From the NCBI GenBank assembly GCA_910587745.1, contig CAJUNE010000001.1, positions 15,439 to 79,438 of the forward strand: 64,000 nt of DNA, in the 5' to 3' direction. The notes under the pieces are model-generated. The model ran no database searches, was not told the DNA's origin, and saw nothing but the letters and a program-made list of their open reading frames with translations. A program made the position numbers and the translations under genes. The stretch is from an uncultured Bacilli bacterium (GTDB taxonomy: Bacteria; Bacillota_I; Bacilli_A; RF39; UBA660). Position 1 is the first letter of the stretch, and each line of letters begins with the position of its first letter. Shown here one piece after another: positions 20,053 to 29,959 of the stretch.

Positions 20053-21699
20053 ATGAAAAAACACACATTTATGGAAAGTACCTTAATAGCTACTATATGT
20101 TTAATTATAGTTAAATTTTTAGGCTTAGTTTATGTTATACCATTTTACGCTATTATTGGAGAAAAAGGAGCCGCTTTATATGCTTATGCTTATACGATAT
20201 ATGGAATGTTTTTAGATATCTCCACCGCTGGAATACCTAATGCTATAGGTAAGTTAATTAACGAATTTCACACATTAGGAAAAGAAGAAGCAAAAATTAG
20301 AACTTTTAAATTAGGAAAAAGAATGCTAAGTGGTATAGCAGTCATTAGTTTTTTGATTATGTTTATTTTTGCAAGACCTATCGCAACTATAATTATTGGT
20401 GATTTAACGGGCGGTAATTCTATTAGTGATGTAGCTTTTGTTATAAGATGTATTTCATTTTCTTTATTATTATTTCCATTTTTAAGTGTCACAAGAGGTT
20501 TTTTTCAAGGACATAAATACATTTATGTAAACTGTATATCCCAAGTAATAGAACAAATAGCAAGAGTATTATTTATAATCGCTGGTAGTTTTATAGCCTT
20601 AAAATGTTTAGGACTTGATATAACAAAAACGGTAGGTATCGCAGTATTTAGTGCTTTTATTGGTGGAAGTTTTGCTTTATGTTATATATATAATAAAATG
20701 CATAAAAATAAAAAAGAACTAGGATTAGATACTAAGTTTGAAAAAAGAGATGATATAAGTAATAAAGTAATTTTTAAAAGAATTCTAGTTTATGCTATAC
20801 CAACAGTGATAATCAGTATATCATTTTCAATATATAGTAGTATAGATATGGTTTTAATTTTAAGAACAATGAATCATTTAGGATTTGCAGCCTCAGAAGT
20901 TGAATTTATTTCTTCTGCTATGAGCACTTGGGCTTCAAAGATAAGTATCATAATGTTATCAGTTGGTGCTGGACTAATGGCAAGTTTAGGACCATCAGTA
21001 GTTGAATCATACACTTTAAAAAAATATGAAGATGTCAATAAACATTTTAATCGTACTATGGGAATGACTTTATTTATTACAGTACCGATGTGTGTAGGTA
21101 TATCATTATTAAGTGCACCTATTTGGTCAGTATTTTATGGTTATAATAAACTAGGAACTACGATTCTTAGTATGACAATTTTTTCTGCATTATTTACGAA
21201 TCTTTTTAATATTGGAAGTTCAACACTTCAAAGCATTAGCAAATTCAAAATGGTTTATATAAGCTCTATAACAGGTATAGTTTTAAATACATTATTAGAT
21301 GTTCCTTTAATGCTTCTATGTCATAAAATAGGATTACCACCATATTGGGGAGCAACATTTGCCACAATGATCGGCTTAAGTATATCTATGGTTTTTGTAA
21401 TAGTAACATTAAAAAAGGAATTAGGATGTAAATTTAAATACATATTAGACGTAGCAAAAAAAACATGTATTCCTCTAATAGCAATGATTATAGTAGTAAT
21501 ATTATTAAAAGCCTTAATACCTATAAATATGGCAAATAGAACTATGTGTATAATATATATTGGTATCATTTCTATAATTGGTGCACTAGTTTATTTCTTT
21601 ATATCATCAAAAATAGGGCTATTAGAAAATGTTTTAGGGAAAGATTTCTTAAATAAATTAAAAAATAAAATTAAATTAAAAATGATAAGAAAAAACTAA
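20053..21699 (+). CDS. polysaccharide biosynthesis protein / oligosaccharide flippase (MOP/Wzx-MurJ superfamily)
   Basis: 548 aa, about 14 predicted TM helices, typical MOP flippase architecture in a glycan cluster. Confidence 0.65.
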   Translation: MKKHTFMESTLIATICLIIVKFLGLVYVIPFYAIIGEKGAALYAYAYTIYGMFLDISTAGIPNAIGKLINEFHTLGKEEAKIRTFKLGKRMLSGIAVISFLIMFIFARPIATIIIGDLTGGNSISDVAFVIRCISFSLLLFPFLSVTRGFFQGHKYIYVNCISQVIEQIARVLFIIAGSFIALKCLGLDITKTVGIAVFSAFIGGSFALCYIYNKMHKNKKELGLDTKFEKRDDISNKVIFKRILVYAIPTVIISISFSIYSSIDMVLILRTMNHLGFAASEVEFISSAMSTWASKISIIMLSVGAGLMASLGPSVVESYTLKKYEDVNKHFNRTMGMTLFITVPMCVGISLLSAPIWSVFYGYNKLGTTILSMTIFSALFTNLFNIGSSTLQSISKFKMVYISSITGIVLNTLLDVPLMLLCHKIGLPPYWGATFATMIGLSISMVFVIVTLKKELGCKFKYILDVAKKTCIPLIAMIIVVILLKALIPINMANRTMCIIYIGIISIIGALVYFFISSKIGLLENVLGKDFLNKLKNKIKLKMIRKN

Positions 21700-21771
21700 A
21701 AAGAAAATCTTATCTTTTTTATTGTATAAAACTAGTTTTAGACTTATAATAAAACAAAGAAGTGATTTGAG

Positions 21772-22704
21772 TTGAACAAAGTTAGTATAATAGTTCCTAT
21801 TTATAATGAAGAAAAAAATTTAAAAAAATGTATAGAATCTCTTATTAATCAAACCTATAAAAATTTAGAAATAATATTAATAAATGATGGATCTACGGAT
21901 AATTCAAAAAAAGTTATTGATAGTTACAAAGATAAAAGAATAGTAGCAATTCACAAAAAGAACACTGGCATTGGCGATACCAGAAATACAGGTATTGCTA
22001 AATCTACAGGAGATTATATTATGTTTGTGGATAGTGATGACTACATAGAATTAAATTATGTTGAAGTATTATTAAAAAGTTTAAATGAAAATAAAGCTGA
22101 TTTAGCAATTTCTAATTATTATTTAGACACACCAAGTAAAACTTATGAAATAGATTTAAAAAATTTAAAGACAACTAGTATTAAAGAAGATGAAGATTTA
22201 CTTTGCAAAATAAATTTATCTCCTTGGAATAAACTATATAAAAAAGATTTATTAACAAATAACAATAATAAATTCCCATATAAAGTAAAATATGAAGATG
22301 TTCCTTTTGTAGTAGAGGCAGTTATAAAAGCTAGTAAAATAAGTTTTGTTCCCAATTATTTATATCATTATGTTATTAAAAAAAGTGGCGAGACCATAAC
22401 TAGAGATGAAAGAATATTTGATATAATTACAATATGTGCCATAGTTGAAAAGAAATTAAATCAAATAAATTATGTTAATAAAACGAACTTTTTTGTTAAA
22501 TTATTAAGCTATTATTTAAAAAATAGTCGTTATATACCAAATATTAATTTAAGAAATGAATTTATAGATGCAGTATATATATATTTAAAAAGAATAGATA
22601 AAGATTGGCGAAAATGTTCTTATTTAAAGCAAGAAAGTACAATAAAAAGAGTAATAATAACCCATAAATCTTTATTAAAAATAGTAAATAAGCTAAAAAA
22701 ATAG
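21772..22704 (+). CDS. glycosyltransferase family 2
   Basis: SIIVPIYNEEKNL...INDGSTDNS...FVDSDD (DxD) in the N-terminal GT-A fold. Confidence 0.8.
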   Translation: MNKVSIIVPIYNEEKNLKKCIESLINQTYKNLEIILINDGSTDNSKKVIDSYKDKRIVAIHKKNTGIGDTRNTGIAKSTGDYIMFVDSDDYIELNYVEVLLKSLNENKADLAISNYYLDTPSKTYEIDLKNLKTTSIKEDEDLLCKINLSPWNKLYKKDLLTNNNNKFPYKVKYEDVPFVVEAVIKASKISFVPNYLYHYVIKKSGETITRDERIFDIITICAIVEKKLNQINYVNKTNFFVKLLSYYLKNSRYIPNINLRNEFIDAVYIYLKRIDKDWRKCSYLKQESTIKRVIITHKSLLKIVNKLKK

Positions 22705-22782
22705 AAATAAAATTTAAAAAAGCTTAAATTATAGTAGAATAACTCTTGAATTTTTTGTATAATTAATTTAGGTGAATAATAG

Positions 22783-23913
22783 ATGATATATTTAGACTAT
22801 AGTGCAACCACTCCTATAAATTACGAAGTATTAGATACATATAATAGAACTAGCAAAGATTTTTTTGGTAATCCCAATTCTTTACATGAACTAGGCATAA
22901 AAACGAAAAACTTAATGAATAGTGCTACCAAACAGATTGCCGAAATATTAAATGTTCATGAAACTGAAATAACATATACAAGTGGTGCTACAAATTCCAA
23001 TAACATAGCTTTAATCGGCATTGCCATGTCTCACCACAAAAAAGGTAAGCATATAATTACCTCTAAATTAGAGCATCCAAGTATATATGCTATATGTGAT
23101 TATTTAGAAAGCATTGGTTTTGAGATAAGTTATGTTAAAAATGATAAAGAAGGATTAATTGATTTTGAAGATTTAAAAAGTTTAATTAGGCCAGACACTA
23201 TTTTAGTAAGTATATGTTCTGTAAATAGTGAAACTGGAGTAAGACAACCTTTAAAAATGATCCGACAGATAATCAAAAAAGAAAATGCCGATACTGTTTT
23301 GCATTCAGATATGACTCAAGGAATAGGTAAAGTAGCAGTTAATCTTCATGATGTAGATTTAGCAACTTTTACTGCTCATAAAATATATGGGCCAAAAGGT
23401 ATAGGTATATTATATAAAAATAACAATATAAATATTGCACCTATACTTTATGGTTCAGGCAAAAGTAATATGTTAAATCCAGGGACACCTGCAGTACCAC
23501 TTATTGTATCATTATCTAAGGCTTTACGTTTAGCCACTATTGATTTAGAAAAAAGAGAAAGATTTATAGAACGCTTAAATTTAAAAATAGTAGATGCTTT
23601 AACTAAATATGAAGGAGTAATGATAAATAAAACCAAGTATTCAATTCCTCATATTTTAAATATTAGTTTAAGAAACATTAAGGCAGAAACATTCTTACAT
23701 GCTCTTGAAGAATATGAAGTATATGTAAGTTCTAATACAGCCTGTGCCAGTGGTAATTTATCAACAAGTGTTTTAGCAATCTATAATGATAAAGTAAGAG
23801 CATCTTCGACCCTTAGAATTAGTTTATCTCATCTAACTACAACAGATGAAGTTAATAAATTTATCAGTTACTTTGATGAAGTATATCGTAAATTAAGTGG
23901 GTTACATGGATAG
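22783..23913 (+). CDS. cysteine desulfurase (class V aminotransferase, NifS/IscS-like)
   Basis: Aminotransferase class-V fold, HKIYGPKGIG PLP-lysine region, SSNTACASG active-site Cys loop; adjacent to thiI. Confidence 0.8.
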   Translation: MIYLDYSATTPINYEVLDTYNRTSKDFFGNPNSLHELGIKTKNLMNSATKQIAEILNVHETEITYTSGATNSNNIALIGIAMSHHKKGKHIITSKLEHPSIYAICDYLESIGFEISYVKNDKEGLIDFEDLKSLIRPDTILVSICSVNSETGVRQPLKMIRQIIKKENADTVLHSDMTQGIGKVAVNLHDVDLATFTAHKIYGPKGIGILYKNNNINIAPILYGSGKSNMLNPGTPAVPLIVSLSKALRLATIDLEKRERFIERLNLKIVDALTKYEGVMINKTKYSIPHILNISLRNIKAETFLHALEEYEVYVSSNTACASGNLSTSVLAIYNDKVRASSTLRISLSHLTTTDEVNKFISYFDEVYRKLSGLHG

Positions 23914-24397
23914 TTTTAAGATTGGTCGATATTCTTATGAGCCTTATAATCCATTAAATCCCAAACATAGAGAATTTTATCAAAAATTAGACGAAGAATT
24001 AAATGAAGAAGATAGTGAATTATTAGAACGTTTAGGCGATATATCTTATATGTTTGAACAACCATATTATGAGTTAGAAGCATTTGAGATTAATAAACCC
24101 ACAACCTATTTAGTAGAAGATAACAATAAATTTGTCGCATTTATCTATTTATATGTTAGAAATAATATATTACTAATATATTTAGGTGTATTAAAAGAAG
24201 AAAGAGGAAAGCATTATTCAACTAATATAAATATTGATATTACTGATTATATTTTAGATAATTTTGATATTGATTATATTAGAGTATGTATTGATGAAGA
24301 CAATATAGGTAGCATTAAAGCAGTTACCAATGCTGGTTTTATCAAAGAAGAAGATAACAATGTTTATTATGTTAAAAGAAAGCAAAAAGGTAGATAG
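23897..24397 (+). CDS. hypothetical small protein, possibly GNAT-like acetyltransferase
   Basis: Weak GNAT-like beta-strand/glycine pattern (VLKEERGKHYS...NAGFIKEE); overlaps the upstream gene by 17 bp. Confidence 0.3.
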   Translation: MGYMDSFKIGRYSYEPYNPLNPKHREFYQKLDEELNEEDSELLERLGDISYMFEQPYYELEAFEINKPTTYLVEDNNKFVAFIYLYVRNNILLIYLGVLKEERGKHYSTNINIDITDYILDNFDIDYIRVCIDEDNIGSIKAVTNAGFIKEEDNNVYYVKRKQKGR

Positions 24398-24440
24398 ATA
24401 GTTTCTTTACATCTTTTTGCTTTTTTAGTATAATTAATTT

Positions 24441-25634
24441 GTGATGCATATGGAAAAAGTAATATTAATTAAATACGGAGAATTATCTACTAAAAAAGAT
24501 AATATAAATTTCTTTTTAAACAAATTAAAAGTAAATATTTTAGAAAGCTTAAAAGGAATAGAAGCTAGAATAGATTATGATTTAGGAAGAATGTTTATTC
24601 ACACAAATGATATTGATAAAGCTATTGAAAGAGTAAAAAAAGTATTTGGTATCCATGAATTTAACATATGTTATATTATTGAATCCAATGATTTTGAAGA
24701 AATATCAAGTACTGCTCTAAGTTTATTAAAGGATAAAGAATTTAAAACCTTTAAAGTTGAATCTAGAAGAGCAAACAAAAAGCTACCAGAGACAAGTATT
24801 GAACTAAGTCGTAAAATGGGTGGTGTTATTTTAAAGAATATACCTGATATCAAAGTTGATGTTCACAATCCTGATATATTAATAAATATTGAATATCGTT
24901 TAAATAACACATTAATATATTTTGATAAAATAGCAGGTTTAGGTGGATATCCAGTTGGCACTTTAGGTAAAGGATTACTTATGTTAAGTGGTGGAATAGA
25001 CTCACCAGTCGCAGGATATTTAACAATGAAAAGAGGAGTTAAAATAGAGGCTATTTATTTTGAGAGTCCTCCTCATACAAGTATAGAAGCAAAAAATAAA
25101 GTCATTTCTCTAGCGAGAATACTTGCTTCATACAATCATGAGATAAATTTGCATATTATTAATTTTACTGAAATACAAGAAAGTATATACAAAAATATCC
25201 CTCATGATTATTTAATAACAATAATGCGTAGAATGATGTATCGTATAAGTGCTATAATATCTCATAACAGAAATTGTAAAATTCTAATAAATGGGGAATC
25301 TATTGGCCAAGTAGCGAGTCAAACTCTAACAAGTATGAATGCTATTAATGAGGTTGTAAGTATGCCAGTTATAAGACCACTCGCATGTTTTGACAAATTA
25401 GATATAATTGATATTGCTAAAAAAATTGATACTTATGATACTAGTATTTTACCATTTGAAGATTGCTGTACTATATTTGTGCCAAAGCATCCCGTAATAA
25501 ATCCTGATAAAAAAAGATGCGAGGAATATGAAAAATTAATACCATATGAAGATTTAATATATGGATGCATAAAAAATCATGAAGTATTAAAAATAACCAA
25601 AGAAGAAAATAAAGAATATGGAGATTTGTTATAA
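24441..25634 (+). CDS. thiI: tRNA 4-thiouridine(8) synthase ThiI
   Basis: THUMP-like N-terminus plus PP-loop LMLSGGIDSPVAGY; next to the cysteine desulfurase as sulfur donor. Confidence 0.85.
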   Translation: MMHMEKVILIKYGELSTKKDNINFFLNKLKVNILESLKGIEARIDYDLGRMFIHTNDIDKAIERVKKVFGIHEFNICYIIESNDFEEISSTALSLLKDKEFKTFKVESRRANKKLPETSIELSRKMGGVILKNIPDIKVDVHNPDILINIEYRLNNTLIYFDKIAGLGGYPVGTLGKGLLMLSGGIDSPVAGYLTMKRGVKIEAIYFESPPHTSIEAKNKVISLARILASYNHEINLHIINFTEIQESIYKNIPHDYLITIMRRMMYRISAIISHNRNCKILINGESIGQVASQTLTSMNAINEVVSMPVIRPLACFDKLDIIDIAKKIDTYDTSILPFEDCCTIFVPKHPVINPDKKRCEEYEKLIPYEDLIYGCIKNHEVLKITKEENKEYGDLL

Positions 25635-26095
25635 TGAATAAAAATGAAGAAACTAAAAAAGTAGGAATAGGCATTGGAATACTAGTTTTAAATGACCTTA
25701 ATGAAGTTTTATTGCTTTTAAGAAATGAAGATAGATTTTTAGCTGACAGTGATATGCGATTAGAAGGAACGTACACACTTCCAAGTGGTAAAGTAAAATT
25801 TGGTGAAACTTTTGAAGTTGCAGGTCAAAGAAAATTAAAAGAAGAAGCAGGATTAGATGTTGAAATAGAAGATTTAGAAGTTATTTCTCTAGCAAGTGAT
25901 ATTAATGAATTTGCTCATTTTGCAACCATTGGTTTAAAAGCTAACAACTATTCAGGCGATTTTAAATTAAAAGATTCAGGCGAATTCACAGATTATGGTT
26001 GGTATAGTTTAAATAATTTACCAAGTAATTTATGTGAACCAAGTAAGAAAATAATTGACAATTATCTAAATAAAAAAATATATTGTAAGTACTGA
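25634..26095 (+). CDS. NUDIX hydrolase
   Basis: Nudix box GKVKFGETFEVAGQRKLKEEAGLDV (GX5EX7REUXEEXGU). Confidence 0.7.
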   Translation: MNKNEETKKVGIGIGILVLNDLNEVLLLLRNEDRFLADSDMRLEGTYTLPSGKVKFGETFEVAGQRKLKEEAGLDVEIEDLEVISLASDINEFAHFATIGLKANNYSGDFKLKDSGEFTDYGWYSLNNLPSNLCEPSKKIIDNYLNKKIYCKY

Positions 26096-26103
26096 TAAAT
26101 AAT

Positions 26104-27549
26104 TTATAAATCAATAATAGTAATATATTTTTTATAATACTTAACTAACTCTTCTACAAAAATAGAAGGGTTATTTTTAGATACAAAAAGATAACAATAA
26201 TTTTTAGTTCTAGTGAGTCCTACATAAAATAATCTTCTTTCTTCTTCAAAAGGATAAATATCTTTATGTATTAAAACATATTTTAAAATAGTTTCATCTT
26301 TAATTTTAGAAGGTAAAGAATTTGTTTCATTAGTTAAATTAATAATTATTATATCATCTTCTTCCAAGCCTTTAGCTTTATGAATCGTTTTATAATAAAT
26401 ATTTTTATCTTTATAAATAATAAAGTTATTAGAAAAATCAATGTCTTTACTAATAACATTATAAATATCATTATTATTTCTTCCAAGGATCATAATATTA
26501 TCAGTATTAATGCTATCAAGTAATTTTTTAAAATCATTTATTCTATTCTTATAATAACAAATAAAAATTGGTTTAGCTATATGTTTATTAGAAACTAATT
26601 GTTTTTTTATTTGTCTGTTATTTCTCATTACAAAAGAACCAGCCACTTTAATTAACTCCTGACTATTACGATAGGTACTTGTAAGATAAAGTTTTTTAAC
26701 AGGTTTAAATCTTTCACTAAATTCTAAAAAATTATTTATATCACAGCCTGAAAAGCGATAAATAGATTGAAAATCATCGCCAACAACTGTTATATAAGCA
26801 TTAGTTTTTTTAATAATTTCTTTTACTAAGTTTTCTCTAATCCGACTTGTATCTTGATATTCATCAATAATAATATACTTATATTTAGTTTTAATGCCCT
26901 TATCGTGAACTAATTTAGTTGCCATAAAAATCATATCATCAAAATCAATTAAGTTTGAAGATTTTTTCTCTATAATATACATTTCATAAATTTTCTTTAT
27001 TATTTTTAAATAGGGTTTATCTTTTCTACGAGCCCTTTTAATTATTTTATCAAATAGATCCAATTCATAAAAATTACCAATAAAAAGTTTTATAAATCTG
27101 GCAATAGTTTTTTTATAATGTAAAAATTCTTTAGAATTTAAATAATTTTTTGTAAAAAAATATTTTTCAAAATAAGGGGAAGGAGATATAGCATAAAATA
27201 TTTCTTCAATTAAATAATCAAGCAAAGAATCATCAACTATTTTCCTTTCAATAGATTGTTCTTTCAAAATATCCAAAGCCAGTTTATGAAAAGTATATAC
27301 TTTATTTTCTAAATCAAGTTCTTTTTTTATTTTTTCTTCCAAGGATTTCGCAGCATTATTCGTAAAAGTAATGCAAAGAATTTCATTTAATTTAATATTT
27401 TCAACTTGAACTAAATATTTAATTTTACCTACCATTGTAAGGCTTTTACCAGAACCAGCACCAGCGATAATAATTGTATTTTTATTATTAACCATCGCTG
27501 CTTTGGTTTGTTGTTTATCAAGTGTATTACCTAAAACTTCAATTTTCAT
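26104..27549 (-). CDS. compact UvrD/PcrA-family DNA helicase
   Basis: Walker A AGAGSGKS, DEYQDTS (motif II), C-terminal YKTIHKAKGLEEDDIIII and VGLTRTK (motifs V/VI). Only 481 aa, short for UvrD. Confidence 0.65.
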   Translation of the reverse strand: MKIEVLGNTLDKQQTKAAMVNNKNTIIIAGAGSGKSLTMVGKIKYLVQVENIKLNEILCITFTNNAAKSLEEKIKKELDLENKVYTFHKLALDILKEQSIERKIVDDSLLDYLIEEIFYAISPSPYFEKYFFTKNYLNSKEFLHYKKTIARFIKLFIGNFYELDLFDKIIKRARRKDKPYLKIIKKIYEMYIIEKKSSNLIDFDDMIFMATKLVHDKGIKTKYKYIIIDEYQDTSRIRENLVKEIIKKTNAYITVVGDDFQSIYRFSGCDINNFLEFSERFKPVKKLYLTSTYRNSQELIKVAGSFVMRNNRQIKKQLVSNKHIAKPIFICYYKNRINDFKKLLDSINTDNIMILGRNNNDIYNVISKDIDFSNNFIIYKDKNIYYKTIHKAKGLEEDDIIIINLTNETNSLPSKIKDETILKYVLIHKDIYPFEEERRLFYVGLTRTKNYCYLFVSKNNPSIFVEELVKYYKKYITIIDL

Positions 27550-27561
27550 AATTTTCCTTTA

Positions 27562-27590
27562 TTGTATTTTCATAAAAAATATGTTAAAAT
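27562..27590 (+). promoter_or_regulatory. promoter firing into the ABC-F leader (divergent from the helicase gene)
   Basis: TTGTAT, 17-nt spacer, TAAAAT. Predicted TSS lies a few nt before the left inverted repeat at 27602. Confidence 0.4.
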
Positions 27591-27601
27591 CAACTTAGTA
27601 G

Positions 27602-27863
27602 TGCGTTAGGACATAAATGCCTACTTTGTTGAAGTGACATTAACTTTTATTTCTTTAACATCGATAACTATGTTACCTTTGTTAACTAAAATAATTGTTG
27701 ATGTCTTTTTGTTTTCTCTAAAGAGTAAACTTATGATTTCGGAAATTACTTTCTTAATCACTAATAAAGAAACACCTACTTTCCAACCAAAACCCCACTG
27801 GAGTAAGGGAGATAAATAAATGTCTTAAATTAGCAGACACCAGTCCTAACGCAAGTTTTACTT
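27602..27863 (+). other. ~262-bp element bounded by perfect 11-bp inverted repeats (TGCGTTAGGAC ... GTCCTAACGCA): candidate structured leader/ncRNA or MITE
   Basis: Terminal 11-bp perfect inverted repeats enclose 240 AT-rich nt with an internal direct repeat CCTACTTT x2. Sits between a sigma-A-like promoter and the ABC-F gene 150 bp downstream. The listed ORF 27634-27819 has no RBS and is probably spurious. Confidence 0.35.
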
Positions 27864-28010
27864 TATCTTAAAAAATAGGAATAATCAAGGAATAATAAGA
27901 TTTAGGGTAAGATTTAAGTTATCCACGACAAAATATAACAAATTACAACATAATTAAAATAGAAATAAATGATTATATATGATAAAATATTTTAGAAATG
28001 AAGTGATATA

Positions 28011-29882
28011 ATGTACTTAAAAATTACCAATGCAGGAGTATCAATAAATGAAAAAACAATATTAGAAGAAATAAATTTAGAAATAAAAGAAAAGAGTCAC
28101 ATAGCAGTTATAGGACGAAATGGCGCTGGAAAAACCACTCTTTTAAAAGCTTTAATTAATAATGATTTATTTGAATCAGGAGTAGGAGAAGAAAAATTTA
28201 ATATTTTTAGAAGTGGCAAATTTGAAATTGGTTATTTAAGTCAATTTAATAATATTAATGAGAATAAAACTCTATTAGAAGAGATATTAAGTGTATACAA
28301 AAATATTATAGATTTAGAAAAAAATATAGAAAGAACAGAAGAAAAACTAGCAAATGGTGCCAGTGAAAAAGAAATAGAAAACTATGAAGAATTATTAGAA
28401 AAATACAAATTAATAGGGGGTTATGAATACAAAAAAGAATATAGTACTGCTTTAATTAATTTTGGTTTTAAAAACCAAGAAAACAAATTAATAAGTGAAT
28501 TTTCAGGTGGTGAAAAAACCAAAATAGCATTTTTAAAAATGTTACTTAGTAAACCAGATTTACTATTATTAGATGAACCAACCAATCATTTAGATATAGA
28601 TGCTATTGAATGGTTAGAAGAATATTTAAAAAAGTATCCTAAGTCATTAATTGTAATATCACATGATCGAATGTTTATAAATAAAATAGCAAATATAATT
28701 ATTGAAATAGAATATGGAAAAAGTGAAGTATATCATGGGAATTATGACTATTATAAAGAAGAAAAAAATAGAAGATATGTGAGTTCGTTAAAAGATTATG
28801 AATATCAACAAAAAGAAATTAAAAGATTACAAAGTATTGCAGATAGATTTAGATATAAGCCATCTAAAGCAAGTATGGCGATGTCCAAGTTAAAAATGAT
28901 TGAGAGAATGACTAAGTTAAGTCCACCTGAAAAAGAGAATCTAAAAACCTTTAATATTAAGTGGACTGAATTTAAAGAAAGTGGCAAAGTAGTTTTAAAA
29001 GTTAATAATTTAAGTGTTGGTTATGACAAAGTATTAAATACAAGTAGTTTTGAATTAATAAAAAAAGAAAGATTAGGTATAATTGGTGAAAATGGCACAG
29101 GCAAATCTACGATTTTAAAAACAATAATGGGTATTATCCCAAAATTAAATGGTGATATAGAATTTGGAAGTAATGTAACAATCGGTTATTTTGATCAAGA
29201 GCAAAAAACATTAAATGAAGGATTAACAATTTATGAAGAATTTAAGAGTAAATTTCCTGAAATGAACGATTTTGAAATTAGAAAAAGTCTCGCATCTTTT
29301 CTTTTTTATAACGAAGACTTAGATAAAAAAATAGAGGTATTATCAGGTGGTGAAAAAGTAAGACTTGAGTTATGTGAAGTAATTATTAAGAAGCCAAACC
29401 TTTTGATATTAGACGAACCAACCAATCATTTAGATATTTTATCAAAAGTAAGATTAGAAGAAATTTTAAAAGATTATCCTGGAACTATTCTTTTTGTATC
29501 ACATGACCGAATGTTTATAAATAATATAGCAAATGTTTTATTGGTATTAAAAAATAAAGAAGCAAAATATTATAATTATAATTATGCTGAATACTTAGAA
29601 AGAGTAAAAGAAGAAGAAATTATTTTAGAAAATAAAATTGAAACTAAAAAAAGCAATAGCAAACCTAAAAATTTAAAAAGTAATGAAAAAAAAGAAATAA
29701 AAAAGATTGAAATAGAAATTAAAAAGAAAGAAGAAAAAATAAAAGAATTACAATCTAGCTTATATGAACCAAGTATTTATAATGACTATAATAAAGTAAA
29801 TGAAATTAATAATGAAATAAACAAATTAGAAGAAGAACTATTAGAACTTATGACTAAACTAGAAGAAATAAATAGCTATTAA
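28011..29882 (+). CDS. ABC-F family ATPase (two ABC domains, no TMD, C-terminal coiled-coil), Uup/YdiF-like translation factor type
   Basis: Two Walker A (GRNGAGKTT, GENGTGKST), two signature motifs (SGGEKTKIAFL, SGGEKVRLEL), inter-domain linker, and a K/E-rich coiled-coil tail. Confidence 0.85.
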   Translation: MYLKITNAGVSINEKTILEEINLEIKEKSHIAVIGRNGAGKTTLLKALINNDLFESGVGEEKFNIFRSGKFEIGYLSQFNNINENKTLLEEILSVYKNIIDLEKNIERTEEKLANGASEKEIENYEELLEKYKLIGGYEYKKEYSTALINFGFKNQENKLISEFSGGEKTKIAFLKMLLSKPDLLLLDEPTNHLDIDAIEWLEEYLKKYPKSLIVISHDRMFINKIANIIIEIEYGKSEVYHGNYDYYKEEKNRRYVSSLKDYEYQQKEIKRLQSIADRFRYKPSKASMAMSKLKMIERMTKLSPPEKENLKTFNIKWTEFKESGKVVLKVNNLSVGYDKVLNTSSFELIKKERLGIIGENGTGKSTILKTIMGIIPKLNGDIEFGSNVTIGYFDQEQKTLNEGLTIYEEFKSKFPEMNDFEIRKSLASFLFYNEDLDKKIEVLSGGEKVRLELCEVIIKKPNLLILDEPTNHLDILSKVRLEEILKDYPGTILFVSHDRMFINNIANVLLVLKNKEAKYYNYNYAEYLERVKEEEIILENKIETKKSNSKPKNLKSNEKKEIKKIEIEIKKKEEKIKELQSSLYEPSIYNDYNKVNEINNEINKLEEELLELMTKLEEINSY

Positions 29883-29959
29883 AAGTGCAATTAAAAAGAG
29901 CATTTGACAAACGAATTAATAAGTATTATAATAAGCCCAATTTTGAAAAGAGGGATAAT

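Noticed and set aside
27634-27819. 61-aa ORF inside the leader element
   Set aside because: No RBS, low-complexity hydrophobic translation, and it lies wholly within the IR-bounded noncoding element. Probably not a gene, though a uORF role cannot be excluded.
27602-27863. RNase P RNA, tmRNA or SRP RNA identity for the IR-bounded element
   Set aside because: GGAAAGTAGG and ACAAAGTAGGCA superficially resemble the RNase P P4 strands, but both are in the same sense and cannot pair. There is no tRNA-like CCA end or tag ORF (tmRNA), and no GGAA domain-IV motif (SRP RNA).
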